DNA from: an uncultured Porphyromonadaceae bacterium
GTDB lineage: Bacteria > Bacteroidota > Bacteroidia > Bacteroidales > UBA12481
Reading direction: 5' to 3'
Assembly (NCBI GenBank): GCA_964512915.1
Contig: CAZEKJ010000004.1
Location: 41,347 to 105,346 of the forward strand
DNA: 64,000 bases
Positions 41,973-51,659 of this stretch are shown piece after piece (position 1 is the first letter of the stretch; the number at the start of each line of letters is the position of its first letter). The notes below the pieces were generated by a model. That model made no database searches and was not told the origin of the DNA. It worked only from the letters and a program-made list of their open reading frames with translations. The position numbers and the translations under genes are program-made.

Positions 41973-43640
41973 ATGAAACATCTTTTCCCCATAATCGGAA
42001 TGCTGCTGCTGGCCTCCTGCCAGCCCAAGGAAGTGCCACTAACCCGTGAACAGGTTGACAAGGCCTGGAAGGAGGGGACGACCTTAGACCTGACAGGTTT
42101 TGAAAACCTAGACCTGACAGGTTTCCAAAACCTGTCAGGTCTGTTCGCCCGCCAACCGGTTAAGGACGACAAGGGCTTCAACGTCCTCGTCGACCTGGCG
42201 CATGAGTGTTCTTTTTACCTGATGTGGACGTTGCCGGAGCAGCTGAACAAGCTGGGATACCGGTCGCTGGGCAGTCACGCCACGATCAACTCCGCCATGG
42301 ATCCGAACGGAGAAAGCCGGGTGCGGATTCTCTGGGATACGGTCAATAAGATCTATCCGTTTGTTTGGTGGCCGAACCCCAAATACCATGTGGCGATCAC
42401 CGGACAGTTCAATCCGAAAGCCCAGGATTATACCGATGCGGAGATTACCTCCCTGGTAAATTTCGTTAAGAAGGGCGGCGGACTGATCATCCAGACGGAT
42501 AACCGCAAGCTTAAAGGCGGCCCCGGCAAGCCGGGCGTTGCCGATAGTTCCTGGTCGGTGCGGAAGCTGGTAAAAGCTTTCAATGCTGAAGTTATGGATG
42601 AGCCGGTTAAACTGACTTTTGGTAAGGGACGTGTTCTGATTACCGGTAATACAAAAGACCTGAAATATCCCAGGAATGCCACGGATGTTCAGAAAGACTC
42701 GGTTGACCTTGTGGTTGGCGGGTACCTGGCCTGGCTGACGGAAAAGCAGAAACGGCTGAAGGATGAGCCCATCATGCCACAGACCATGGAAGGCGGCGGC
42801 CCCATTTATCCCGAGCTTGAAGAGAATTTCAGCAACATCGTGTTTTATTACGCGGCCAATCAGAAAACTGAGCTGCTGAGCGTAGTCAAGAATGATGTAC
42901 CCAAGGCCCAAACTTTTATCCAGGAGAGGCTCCCCTCAACACCGACAGCCGAACCGATGTACCTGATCCTTTGCGCCGGCGGTGGCGGCGGATGGGCCGT
43001 GAATATCTACAAGCCAAAGGAAAATGGAATCATCAGTCTGGATGGTCACGGAATCCTTTCGATCTTCGGTCACGAGCTCGCGCATACCATGTATGGCCCA
43101 GCCAATGATGAGGGGAATGTTGCCGGCATCACGCCGATCCCGAACCGCGGCGAGGCCCATGCCGGTTGGTTCCAGGGAAAGGTAAACGCCCTTTTCGATT
43201 CAACGTTGCGCGATAAGGCTAACCGCGACTGTAACCTGATGTTTGCCTTTGACCCGAAGGGTAACGCCATGGATCTGGCCACCTGCTACGAGAATGAGGC
43301 CATGAACAAGCAGTGGGGGTATGGTAAAGACTGGCACAAGACCTGGTATATCTGGCAAAAGCTGGACGACCGGTATGGTCCCGGCTGGTATCCGAAATGG
43401 AGATATGTGCAGCACACAAGATGGAAAAATGATCCTGAGCACCGTCTAAGCTGGGACGAGATGATTGAGGACATGAGCATTGCCGTAGGCGAGGACCTCT
43501 TTCCTTTCTTCATCAAACTGGGAACCACACTGGATAAAAAGCGCCTCGAGCAGATCGATTATAATGGAGCGACCATTAAATTACCGGTAGCGCCGATAGA
43601 GGTGACGATGGCGGGGGCGGTTCGCATCGAAGCAATATAA
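41973..43640 (+). CDS. Lipoprotein with HExxH zinc-metalloprotease-like motif
   Basis: 555 aa with lipobox LLLASC and HELAHTMYG at about aa 370. N-terminal linker residues about 37-57 are encoded by a palindromic repeat cluster. Confidence 0.5.
   Translation: MKHLFPIIGMLLLASCQPKEVPLTREQVDKAWKEGTTLDLTGFENLDLTGFQNLSGLFARQPVKDDKGFNVLVDLAHECSFYLMWTLPEQLNKLGYRSLGSHATINSAMDPNGESRVRILWDTVNKIYPFVWWPNPKYHVAITGQFNPKAQDYTDAEITSLVNFVKKGGGLIIQTDNRKLKGGPGKPGVADSSWSVRKLVKAFNAEVMDEPVKLTFGKGRVLITGNTKDLKYPRNATDVQKDSVDLVVGGYLAWLTEKQKRLKDEPIMPQTMEGGGPIYPELEENFSNIVFYYAANQKTELLSVVKNDVPKAQTFIQERLPSTPTAEPMYLILCAGGGGGWAVNIYKPKENGIISLDGHGILSIFGHELAHTMYGPANDEGNVAGITPIPNRGEAHAGWFQGKVNALFDSTLRDKANRDCNLMFAFDPKGNAMDLATCYENEAMNKQWGYGKDWHKTWYIWQKLDDRYGPGWYPKWRYVQHTRWKNDPEHRLSWDEMIEDMSIAVGEDLFPFFIKLGTTLDKKRLEQIDYNGATIKLPVAPIEVTMAGAVRIEAI
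42084..42142. repeat. Palindromic AGACCTGWCAGGTYT cluster inside a CDS
   Basis: Copies of agacctgacaggttt at 42086-42100 and 42110-42124, the complement aacctgtcaggtct at 42129-42142, and ggtttt-g-aaaacc at 42095-42107. Translated as TLDLTGFENLDLTGFQNLSGL. Confidence 0.85.
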
Positions 43641-43826
43641 AAACAGGTCGCTGCGCTCCTAAAAGGCCTCCCTGCGGTCGGCTAAAAGGCTCCCTTCGGT
43701 CGCTAACAGGCGCTTCGCGCTAATAACGCTTTATAGCTATTGATTGTTAGGGCGAAACCCCTTTTAGCCGACCGCAGGGAGGCCTTTTAGGAGCGCAGCG
43801 ACCTGTTACCGAGCGAAGCGAGGACA
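43638..43826. repeat. Modular linker-plus-mini-hairpin element, copy 4
   Basis: aaacagg-tcgctgcgctc-ctaaaagg-cctccctgcggtcggc-taaaagg-ctcccttcggtcgc-taacagg-cgcttcgcgc ... ttag-ggcgaaacccc-ttttag-ccgaccgcagggagg-ccttttagg-agcgcagcga-cctgtta-ccgagcgaagcgagg. Fills the whole convergent spacer. Confidence 0.9.
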
Positions 43827-44759
43827 TTACATCCACTTATTCTTCCGCATCAGCACCACCCCAACAACAGCAAGTGCTGCAGCGGCCAGAGCGATGCCGA
43901 TAAAGGCTATGCTGCTGTCCTCCATGAAGTTTCTGATGTTCATGCCGAAGAAGCTGGCAACCATGGTCGGAATTGCCAGTGCAATTGTGATGATGGTGAG
44001 TTTCCTCATCACAATGTTCAGGTTGTTGGAGATAACCGAAGCAAAGGCATCCATCATCCCGCTTAAAATGTCGCTGTATACGTGGGTCATCTCAATGGCC
44101 TGCTTGATCTCGATGATCACATCCTCAACCAGCTCCTCATCCACTTCATTTTTCTTGAAATAGCGGGAATTGCGCAGCTTGGTGATCAGGATTTCGTTGG
44201 ACCGCAGTGAGGTATTAAAATAAACCAGGCACTTTTCCATCAGGAGCAATTTATGCAGCTCCTCATTTTTGGTCGATTTCTCAAGTGCCTGTTCAATCTT
44301 GTAGGTTTCGGTATTGATTTGCTTCAGGAACTTCAGATAGGTGATGGTGGAGTAATCGATGATATGAAACAGAAACTCGATCTTGTTCTCGTAATCCACC
44401 TGCTTCTTGATATTCTTGGAAAAAACCTCTGCGAGAACATCGTTGTGCTGATAGCCCAGAACGATAAGGGCATCATCGGAAAGCAATACGCCTAGCGGCA
44501 TGGTGGCAAAAGGAAGGCCATTATCGCGGTTGTAATACGGCACCCGGTAAATCATGTATAACTTCCCTTCATCCACCTCCATACGAGATCGTTCGTCGAC
44601 GTCCATGATGTCATTCAGGAAATCTTCATCGATCTTAAAGGTGGTCTTCAAAATATTGAGCTCCTCAATGGTAGGGGAGACCGCATTGATGACAGCACCT
44701 TTGATGTACGTTTGAAGTGGGAGCAGGCCGTTTTTAACGATTTGCCAGTACGTAATCAT
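43827..44759 (-). CDS. corA: CorA family magnesium/cobalt transporter
   Basis: 310 aa with two C-terminal TM segments and the signature FFGMN. Confidence 0.85.
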   Translation of the reverse strand: MITYWQIVKNGLLPLQTYIKGAVINAVSPTIEELNILKTTFKIDEDFLNDIMDVDERSRMEVDEGKLYMIYRVPYYNRDNGLPFATMPLGVLLSDDALIVLGYQHNDVLAEVFSKNIKKQVDYENKIEFLFHIIDYSTITYLKFLKQINTETYKIEQALEKSTKNEELHKLLLMEKCLVYFNTSLRSNEILITKLRNSRYFKKNEVDEELVEDVIIEIKQAIEMTHVYSDILSGMMDAFASVISNNLNIVMRKLTIITIALAIPTMVASFFGMNIRNFMEDSSIAFIGIALAAAALAVVGVVLMRKNKWM

Positions 44760-44830
44760 AAGTAACCTCCGTTTTTAAGTCCGCCAGAAGTACTTATGTG
44801 ACCTCTGGAGGACTAGTTACACCTGTAGTT
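44760..44830 (-). promoter_or_regulatory. Possible structured corA leader with sequestered Shine-Dalgarno
   Basis: Minus-strand RNA ...gtaactagtcctccagaggtcacataagtacttctggcggacttaaaaacGGAGGttactt-ATG. cctcc and gtaa can pair with GGAGGttac. A nested hairpin ccagagg/cttctgg is also possible. Confidence 0.25.
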
Positions 44831-44921
44831 ATCCGCGTGATAGTCGTCCATATGCAGTTTTAATGCGGTGCAAAAGTAACACTTTTTTCTTTCGTATAAA
44901 GCTAGATTGGGTGGATTTTTT

Positions 44922-45080
44922 GTTACTGGTTAAGATCGGTTGCCGGTTGCCGGTTGCCAGTTGCCGGTTGGGCCAGAACTAGTTTCCAATAATAATGAAT
45001 AACCTGAAATTTCGGTCCTGGCTCAAAAAACTGGTAACCGGCAACCGGCAACCGGTAACTGCTAATAACCAACCAGTAAC
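44922..45080. repeat. 159-bp hairpin element with GGTTGCC / GGCAACC heptamer arms in the corA-typA divergent spacer
   Basis: Outer gttactggtt (44922-44931) pairs with aaccagtaac (45071-45080). ggttgccggttgccggttgccagttgccggttgggccag faces ctggc...ctggtaaccggcaaccggcaaccggtaac. About 40-nt AT-rich loop. Confidence 0.9.
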
Positions 45081-45088
45081 TTTTTTCG

Positions 45089-45096
45089 TACCTTTG
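45089..45096 (+). promoter_or_regulatory. Candidate Bacteroidota -7 promoter box (TAnnTTTG) upstream of typA
   Basis: tacctttg, 26 nt upstream of the typA ATG. No clear -33 TTTG seen. Confidence 0.3.
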
Positions 45097-45121
45097 CGCC
45101 CTCAAATTACGAAAGGGAAAC

Positions 45122-46903
45122 ATGTACGAAATCAGAAATATAGCGATCATTGCCCACGTCGATCATGGTAAGACGACCCTGGTTGATCGCATTCTGCACC
45201 AGGTTAAATTGTTCCGCGACAATCAGGAGATGGGCGAGCTGATACTCGACAGCAATGATCTGGAGCGTGAACGCGGGATCACCATCCTGGCCAAAAACGT
45301 ATCGGTGCGCTACAAAGGCGTTAAAATCAACATTATTGACACCCCCGGTCACGCCGATTTTGGCGGAGAGGTTGAACGCGTGCTCAACATGGCCGACGGG
45401 GTCCTGCTTCTGGTGGATGCTTTTGAAGGTCCGATGCCGCAAACCCGGTTTGTTCTCCAGAAGGCCCTGCATCTGAACCTGAAACCCATTGTGGTGATCA
45501 ACAAGGTTGATAAACCGAACTGTAAGCCCGATGAGGTTCACGAGCAGGTTTTCGAGCTGATGATGCACCTCGATGCCAACAATGAGCAGTTGGATTTTCC
45601 GGTTGTTTATGGTTCATCGAAAGAGGGCTGGATGGGACCCGACTGGAAAACCCCGACCGAGGACGTTACCTATCTTCTTGACACTATTCTCGAGCACATC
45701 CCTGAGGCACCGTTTAACGAGGGTACCCCTCAGATGATGATCACCTCCCTGGATTATTCATCCTATGTTGGCCGTATTGCAGTGGGTCGCCTCCTGCGCG
45801 GAACCATGCAGACCGGCATGTGGGTCTCATTGGTCAAGCAGCATGGGCTGGTCCAGAAGGAGCAGATCAAGGAATTATACCTGTTTGAAGGCCTCGGAAA
45901 AGAAAAAATAAAGACACCTGTAAGATCCGGTGAAATAATTGCCCTTATGGGACTGGAAGGATTTGAAATCGGTGACACGGTTGCCGATGCGGAGAATCCG
46001 GAAGCCCTGGTTCCGATCAAGGTTGATGAACCCACGATGAGCATGCTCTTCACCATCAACAACTCACCCTTTTACGGACAGGACGGGAAATTTGTCACCT
46101 CAAGACATCTGCGGGAGCGGCTTTTCCGGGAGACTGAGAAGAACCTCGCCATGCGGGTTGAGGAAACCGATTCACCGGAAATGCTGAACGTATACGGCAG
46201 GGGAATCCTTCACCTTTCCATCCTGGTGGAGACCATGCGCCGTGAAGGATATGAATTCCAGATGGGCCAGCCAAAGGTACTGCTGAAGGAGATCGACGGA
46301 GTGACACATGAACCGGTTGAAAACCTGGTGATTAATGTACCCGAAATGTTTCAGGGTAAAGTCATTGAAGCCGTAACCGCCCGTCGGGGTGAACTTCTGA
46401 ATATCGAGCACAAGGGCGACCAGAACAGTCTTACCTTCCGCATTCCGTCGCGGGGACTGATGGGCCTCTCAAACCAGGTGCTCACCCTGACTACCGGTCA
46501 GGCCATTATCGCACACCGTTTTGAATCCTACATGCCCTACCGTGGGGATATCAATACCAAGCGCAACGGCGCACTCATCGCACTCGAAACAGGCCAGGCC
46601 ATCGCCTATGCCATCGATAAGCTCCAGGATCGCGGCGTTTTCTTTGTTCCGGCCGGCGAACCTGTTTATAAGGGCCAGGTAATTGGCGAGCACATCCGCC
46701 CCACCGACCTGGTAATCAATTTGAGTAAAACCAAAAAGCTCACCAACATGCGGGCTTCGGGTTCCGATGAAAAGACTTCAATCCCGCCGCCACGCCTCTT
46801 CTCCCTCGAACAGTATATGGAGTATATCGGGGATGACGAATACCTCGAGGTGACTCCGAAAAATCTGAGACTGAGGAAGATTAATCTGAATGTGAAAACC
46901 TGA
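45122..46903 (+). CDS. typA: Translational GTPase TypA/BipA
   Basis: 593 aa. G-domain motifs [17 protein letters not shown] and NKVD, with full-length TypA-like sequence. Confidence 0.95.
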   Translation: MYEIRNIAIIAHVDHGKTTLVDRILHQVKLFRDNQEMGELILDSNDLERERGITILAKNVSVRYKGVKINIIDTPGHADFGGEVERVLNMADGVLLLVDAFEGPMPQTRFVLQKALHLNLKPIVVINKVDKPNCKPDEVHEQVFELMMHLDANNEQLDFPVVYGSSKEGWMGPDWKTPTEDVTYLLDTILEHIPEAPFNEGTPQMMITSLDYSSYVGRIAVGRLLRGTMQTGMWVSLVKQHGLVQKEQIKELYLFEGLGKEKIKTPVRSGEIIALMGLEGFEIGDTVADAENPEALVPIKVDEPTMSMLFTINNSPFYGQDGKFVTSRHLRERLFRETEKNLAMRVEETDSPEMLNVYGRGILHLSILVETMRREGYEFQMGQPKVLLKEIDGVTHEPVENLVINVPEMFQGKVIEAVTARRGELLNIEHKGDQNSLTFRIPSRGLMGLSNQVLTLTTGQAIIAHRFESYMPYRGDINTKRNGALIALETGQAIAYAIDKLQDRGVFFVPAGEPVYKGQVIGEHIRPTDLVINLSKTKKLTNMRASGSDEKTSIPPPRLFSLEQYMEYIGDDEYLEVTPKNLRLRKINLNVKT

Positions 46904-46906
46904 TAA

Positions 46907-47036
46907 GGGGCAGGAGGGCATTCCTTAGGGCAGGAGGGCAAAAGGGCAGGAGGGCAGGAAGTAAAGGTCAAATCTTAAAACTTAAAGTCTTAAGCCTTTA
47001 CTTTCTGCCCTCCTGCCCTTTCTGCCCTTCTGCCCT
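46907..47036. repeat. Hairpin element with GGGCAGGA/GGCAGAA arms
   Basis: ...tagggcaggagggcaaaagggcaggagggcaggaagtaaagg (to 46967) faces cctttactttctgccctcctgccctttctgcccttctgcccta (46994-47036). The core contains cttaaaacttaaagtcttaag. The right arm includes the stop of ORF 47035. Confidence 0.9.
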
Positions 47037-48951
47037 AATAAATCACCATCTGCCTGGTCTGGTTGAGCGAACCGGCTTTAAGGGTGTAATAATAAACGCC
47101 AGATTCGAGGCCTGAGGCATCCAGATTAAGAATATGTTTTCCTGCAGGCCTGAATCCTTCACGTAAAACCTTCACCTTGCGTCCGGTGAGGTCCATAATC
47201 TCAAAGTTTACGTCCGTTCCGTTTACCAGTTCATAGGCAATATCCGTTGATCCGTTGAAAGGGTTCGGAAAGTTCTGCCCAAGTGAGGCGTTTGAAATCA
47301 GGGGATCAATACCGTCGATCAGGTTACTGTGGTCGTTCAGGTTCAGCCGGCACATCAGGTTTCGTCTTCCTGAGAAAGCACCCATGCCTTCCTCAGTATT
47401 TCCGTCATAAATACCAATGGTTGTTGGAGCAATCATTTTCAGCGTGCGGTCGGTTCCGATTTTCAACCCTTTGGCCCTTCTGGTCAGATAATCCGTATGC
47501 ATGTCCCATTGCGAAATACCTGCATAGACCAGATCACCGGCCTTGAGGAACTCAGTTTCGCCGTCCTTGCTGAAAGGCATGGTGATCCAGGTATTGAACA
47601 TAGAGGAATCCAGGGTCATCATATCCGTAACCAGTACTTTAACCGGGAATAGATCATCCCCCTCCTGTGGTTTCAGCCAGAGCTGGAACTGAAATTCAAT
47701 CAGGCCGTCGGCCAGGCCGCCCATGATGTAGGTTGATATGGAGCTGACCTCGCAATCCTTGTAAATCGGCAGGATCGATCCGGTAAAATAATCTTCGCAG
47801 GAGAGCTTGTCAATCGGGCCATACCGTTCAAAAAGGTAGGACCAGGCAAGGTCGGGTGAATCATCTGAAGTGGAATAGATACTGTCGTTCACATGAAAGA
47901 TGAATTCCGATTTATTATTCTCCGGGGTCTGTTCGTTCATGCCGGTCTTGAAATCATAGGTCACTTTATAATGACCAAACTCCTCGGGAATAAACTTGTC
48001 GGTGATCTTGAGCGTATCCAGATATCCGGTGGCCAGATCAATGGTTTCAGTAGTTTTGTGCCAGATCTGCTGGTTGTTTTTGGTGATTGTGACATCCATG
48101 TAAACATCTTCCTGATCATATTCCCCGAAATTAAGCACACTGGATTCCCAGTTGAAGAGGCCGAGAGTTCCGTTAAGCTGGCTTTTCGGAATCATGTTAA
48201 AAGGGGTCATCGGGGTTTCCTGATCGCCGTTGTCCCATCCTGCTGTAAAATGCTTCAGCCGCAGGTCATAATCCCAGGCTTCTGCCAGCTGAAAATCATC
48301 CAACACCCAGAAGTACCATTGGGTATTTCCATAATGCAGCTGGATAATAACATCCGGCTGACCGGCAGCGATCTCGGAGATGTTGGCTTCAAAAACAACT
48401 GGCTTACCAGGGGCAGCATCATTCGGGCGGTCCTTGTGCTGAACGCCGAAACCGACGTTATAAATCGCCCAGCGGGTGCCGCCGTCGACCGATACCTTCA
48501 ACTCCTGCAATCCGGGGCCCCCGTTCATGAAATGTGTCTCATAACGGACCACAACGGTACCGTGTGCACTGCAGTTGAAATGGGGAAATTCGATGGTGTT
48601 GTTGACCACCGTTGCAGGATCCTTGAATTCGTTGTAAACTGCCAGAGGGATCCCGAGATAACCGTTCCGGCCGGAGGTTGATTCAAATGGCGGTTCCTGG
48701 GCAAACTGTGCCCTGATACTGTCATAGGGCATCCACTTAAAATTATAACCAATGTCGTCCGGATCGATCAGTTTATATCCATCCGGCATTTTCCAGCCCT
48801 TCGGATCTGTGGGATCGCCCCAGTCAAAATCTTCATAGAAAAAAACCTGCCCGTTGCCTTTCAGGGAAGGGGGGACAGTTTTAGTCTGGGCATTCATTGT
48901 CATCAGCCCGGCCAGGGCGAGAAACATCAGAATAAGGGTAAATTTTCTCAT
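47035..48951 (-). CDS. Secreted hypothetical protein with T9SS type A C-terminal sorting domain
   Basis: 638 aa. Signal peptide, and a C-terminal LGQNFPNPFNGSTDIAYEL...GVYYYTLKAG pattern typical of Por/T9SS CTDs. Confidence 0.65.
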   Translation of the reverse strand: MRKFTLILMFLALAGLMTMNAQTKTVPPSLKGNGQVFFYEDFDWGDPTDPKGWKMPDGYKLIDPDDIGYNFKWMPYDSIRAQFAQEPPFESTSGRNGYLGIPLAVYNEFKDPATVVNNTIEFPHFNCSAHGTVVVRYETHFMNGGPGLQELKVSVDGGTRWAIYNVGFGVQHKDRPNDAAPGKPVVFEANISEIAAGQPDVIIQLHYGNTQWYFWVLDDFQLAEAWDYDLRLKHFTAGWDNGDQETPMTPFNMIPKSQLNGTLGLFNWESSVLNFGEYDQEDVYMDVTITKNNQQIWHKTTETIDLATGYLDTLKITDKFIPEEFGHYKVTYDFKTGMNEQTPENNKSEFIFHVNDSIYSTSDDSPDLAWSYLFERYGPIDKLSCEDYFTGSILPIYKDCEVSSISTYIMGGLADGLIEFQFQLWLKPQEGDDLFPVKVLVTDMMTLDSSMFNTWITMPFSKDGETEFLKAGDLVYAGISQWDMHTDYLTRRAKGLKIGTDRTLKMIAPTTIGIYDGNTEEGMGAFSGRRNLMCRLNLNDHSNLIDGIDPLISNASLGQNFPNPFNGSTDIAYELVNGTDVNFEIMDLTGRKVKVLREGFRPAGKHILNLDASGLESGVYYYTLKAGSLNQTRQMVIY

Positions 48952-49002
48952 AGGAAGGGGTGTTGGTTAATAGGGAGGAAAGATAAAAGATTTTTCTATT
49001 CA

Positions 49003-49200
49003 TTGCAGGCGCAGGGGGTGGAACAAAAGAGGGCAGAAGGGCAGGAGGGCAGAAGGGCAAAAAGTAAAGGATAAAAATAATAGGTAACAAAATACTAGTA
49101 TGTTTATAATGTGCGCCTTAAACTACTTATCACTTTTCACTTTCCTTTCTGCCCTTCTGCCCTCCTGCCCTTCTGCCCTCTTTTGTCCCACCCCCTGCAA
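49003..49200. repeat. Hairpin element with 49-bp near-perfect GGGCAGAA/GGGCAGGA arms
   Basis: 49011-49059 (gcagggggtggaacaaaagagggcagaagggcaggagggcagaagggca) is the reverse complement of 49150-49198 with one mismatch. 90-nt AT-rich spacer. Sits in a divergent promoter region. Confidence 0.95.
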
Positions 49201-49256
49201 CCATTGCACGTTACGTTAAAATTCCGTAACATCAGGTTATAAAATCTTTCCAACCT

Positions 49257-51659
49257 ATGAAACCCAACCTTCTATTTATCAGCCTGATAATCGTTACCCT
49301 GGGGTACGGATGCGATCAGGGTAAAAACGAAAAATCACTGAAATTATGGTACGATAAACCGGCCGATGCTTCCATTCCGGATGACAGGAACGGATGGAAA
49401 AACGATGCGGAGTGGCTGAAAGCGCTGCCTATCGGGAACGGGAGTGTAGGGGGAATGGTTTACGGGGATGTGAACGCCGAACGTATTCAGCTGAATGAAA
49501 AATCGTTATGGTCAGGATCCCCCACCGACAATGACAATCCCCTATCGTATGGGGCCATCGATTCGATCCGGAATTTACTCTATGCAGGTAAATACAGGGA
49601 GGCCCATCAGATGGCTGAAAGGACTCAGATTTGCAAGGGGGCGGGATCGGGCCATGGGAACGGGGCCAACGTGCCGTTCGGCTGTTACCAGACGCTGGGC
49701 GACCTGCGGCTGGATTTCGGCAAGAGCGATCCGTATCAGAGTTATTACAGAGAGCTCGATTTGAGTACCGGCGTAGTAACGGTTCGGTATGAACAGAATG
49801 GAATTCGTTTCACAAGGGAGGTTTTCGTCAGTTATCCCGATCAGGTACTGGTTATCAGGCTGAAATCCGATAAAAAGGGCAGTCTCAGCTTTTCGGCCAC
49901 GATGGACCGGCCCGAGCGGTTTGTCACATCGGTTAGGGATGGACAGCTGATCATGACCGGCCGCATGGATAACGGTCAGGGCGGCGACGGGATGAGTTAC
50001 CTGGCTCGGGTGAAAGCGGTGAATTCGGGCGGTACCGTGGAGTTGTCGGGCGATAAAATGATCGTTACGGATGCCGATGCGGTCACCCTGCTTCTGGCTG
50101 CCGGAACGGATTATCAGTTAAAGACTCCGGATTACACGGGGGCAGAGTTTGTGCAGGCTACTGCCGACCGGATTGCCCAAGCGGAAAAACGCTCCTTCTC
50201 ATCCTTGCTGCAGCGTCATCGGGATGATTTCTCGGCCCTGATGGACCGGGTGGAGTTTTCCCTGGAGAGTCCGGTTTCCGCCGATACCCTACCCACCGAC
50301 CAGCGCCTGGTTAATTTTAAGGAAAGCAAGAATGACCCGGGACTTACCGAACTCTATTTCCAGTACGGGCGCTACCTTCTGGTGGCCTCCTCGCGGCCCG
50401 GCAGTCTGCCGGCCAACCTGCAGGGAATCTGGGCCAACAAGATCCAGACGCCCTGGAACTGTGATTATCACACCGATATTAATATCCAGATGAACTACTG
50501 GCCGGTGGAGGTAACGAACCTCTCCGAGCTGCAGATGCCCCTCACCGAACTGGTTGAATCTCTGGTTGTTCCCGGAAGCAAAACGGCTCAGGTTCACTAC
50601 CGGGCAGGCGGCTGGTGCGTGCATCCGATCACCAATGTGTTCGGATTTACTGCACCGGGCGAATGGCCGAGCTGGGGTCTTCACCTCGGAGCCGGCGCCT
50701 GGATGGTGCAGCATCTGTGGGAACATTTCGCCTTTACGGGTGACAAGGAATACCTCAAAAGGGTATACCCCGTGATGACAGGATCGGCTCAGTTTTACCT
50801 CGACTGGCTGGTAAAGGATCCGGTTTCGGGCAAACTGGTATCCGGACCGGCCTCATCACCAGAGAACTCATTCAAGGCGCCTGACGGGAGCATCGGTTAC
50901 CTGACCATGGGTCCGTCGCATGACCAGCAGGTGATCTGGGATCTCTTTACCAACCTGATTGAAGCCGCTGATATACTGGGAATTAAAGATGACTTCATCG
51001 GTCGGGTTTCAGAAGCCCGGAACAATCTCCTCCTTCCGAAAATCGGGTCCGATGGCCGTCTGATGGAGTGGCCGGTTGAATTTGTGGAACCCGAACCGGG
51101 CCACCGGCACATGTCGCACCTGTTTGCCCTGCATCCCGGTCGGCAGATCACCTCCCAAACTCCTGAAATGCAGGCTGCCGCAAGAAAGTCGCTAGAATTC
51201 AGGCTGTCCAACGGGGGCGGTCACACCGGCTGGAGCGCCGCGTGGCTGGTCAACCTCTGGTCGAGGCTGGGCGACGGGGATGCCGCTCAAAAAGCCATCG
51301 ACGTGCTGCTCACCAAATGCACCAGTCCGAATTTCTTCGACCTGCATCCGCCGTTCCAGATCGACGGCAACTTCGGCGCCACCGCCGGCATCGCCGAGAT
51401 GCTGCTCCAGAGCCACACCGGCGAAATCGTGCTGCTCCCTGCCCTTCCCGCCGCCTGGCCAAACGGGGAAATTGAAGGATTGGTTGCCCGCGGAGGCTTT
51501 GTGGTGGAAATGGAGTGGAAAGAGGGTAAGCTGGTGAAGGCAACAATCCTTTCTAAGAACGGGGGTAAGTGTCCCGTAAGTTATCAGGGGAAGAAAAAGG
51601 AATTTGAGACAAAGGCGGGGGAGCAGGTGAACCTTAGACCTGTCAGCTTCGAGCCATAA
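49257..51659 (+). CDS. GH95 family glycoside hydrolase (alpha-L-fucosidase-like)
   Basis: 800 aa. N-terminal LWYDKPA...[18 protein letters not shown] and NLQGIWA...[18 protein letters not shown] blocks are typical of GH95. Confidence 0.85.
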   Translation: MKPNLLFISLIIVTLGYGCDQGKNEKSLKLWYDKPADASIPDDRNGWKNDAEWLKALPIGNGSVGGMVYGDVNAERIQLNEKSLWSGSPTDNDNPLSYGAIDSIRNLLYAGKYREAHQMAERTQICKGAGSGHGNGANVPFGCYQTLGDLRLDFGKSDPYQSYYRELDLSTGVVTVRYEQNGIRFTREVFVSYPDQVLVIRLKSDKKGSLSFSATMDRPERFVTSVRDGQLIMTGRMDNGQGGDGMSYLARVKAVNSGGTVELSGDKMIVTDADAVTLLLAAGTDYQLKTPDYTGAEFVQATADRIAQAEKRSFSSLLQRHRDDFSALMDRVEFSLESPVSADTLPTDQRLVNFKESKNDPGLTELYFQYGRYLLVASSRPGSLPANLQGIWANKIQTPWNCDYHTDINIQMNYWPVEVTNLSELQMPLTELVESLVVPGSKTAQVHYRAGGWCVHPITNVFGFTAPGEWPSWGLHLGAGAWMVQHLWEHFAFTGDKEYLKRVYPVMTGSAQFYLDWLVKDPVSGKLVSGPASSPENSFKAPDGSIGYLTMGPSHDQQVIWDLFTNLIEAADILGIKDDFIGRVSEARNNLLLPKIGSDGRLMEWPVEFVEPEPGHRHMSHLFALHPGRQITSQTPEMQAAARKSLEFRLSNGGGHTGWSAAWLVNLWSRLGDGDAAQKAIDVLLTKCTSPNFFDLHPPFQIDGNFGATAGIAEMLLQSHTGEIVLLPALPAAWPNGEIEGLVARGGFVVEMEWKEGKLVKATILSKNGGKCPVSYQGKKKEFETKAGEQVNLRPVSFEP

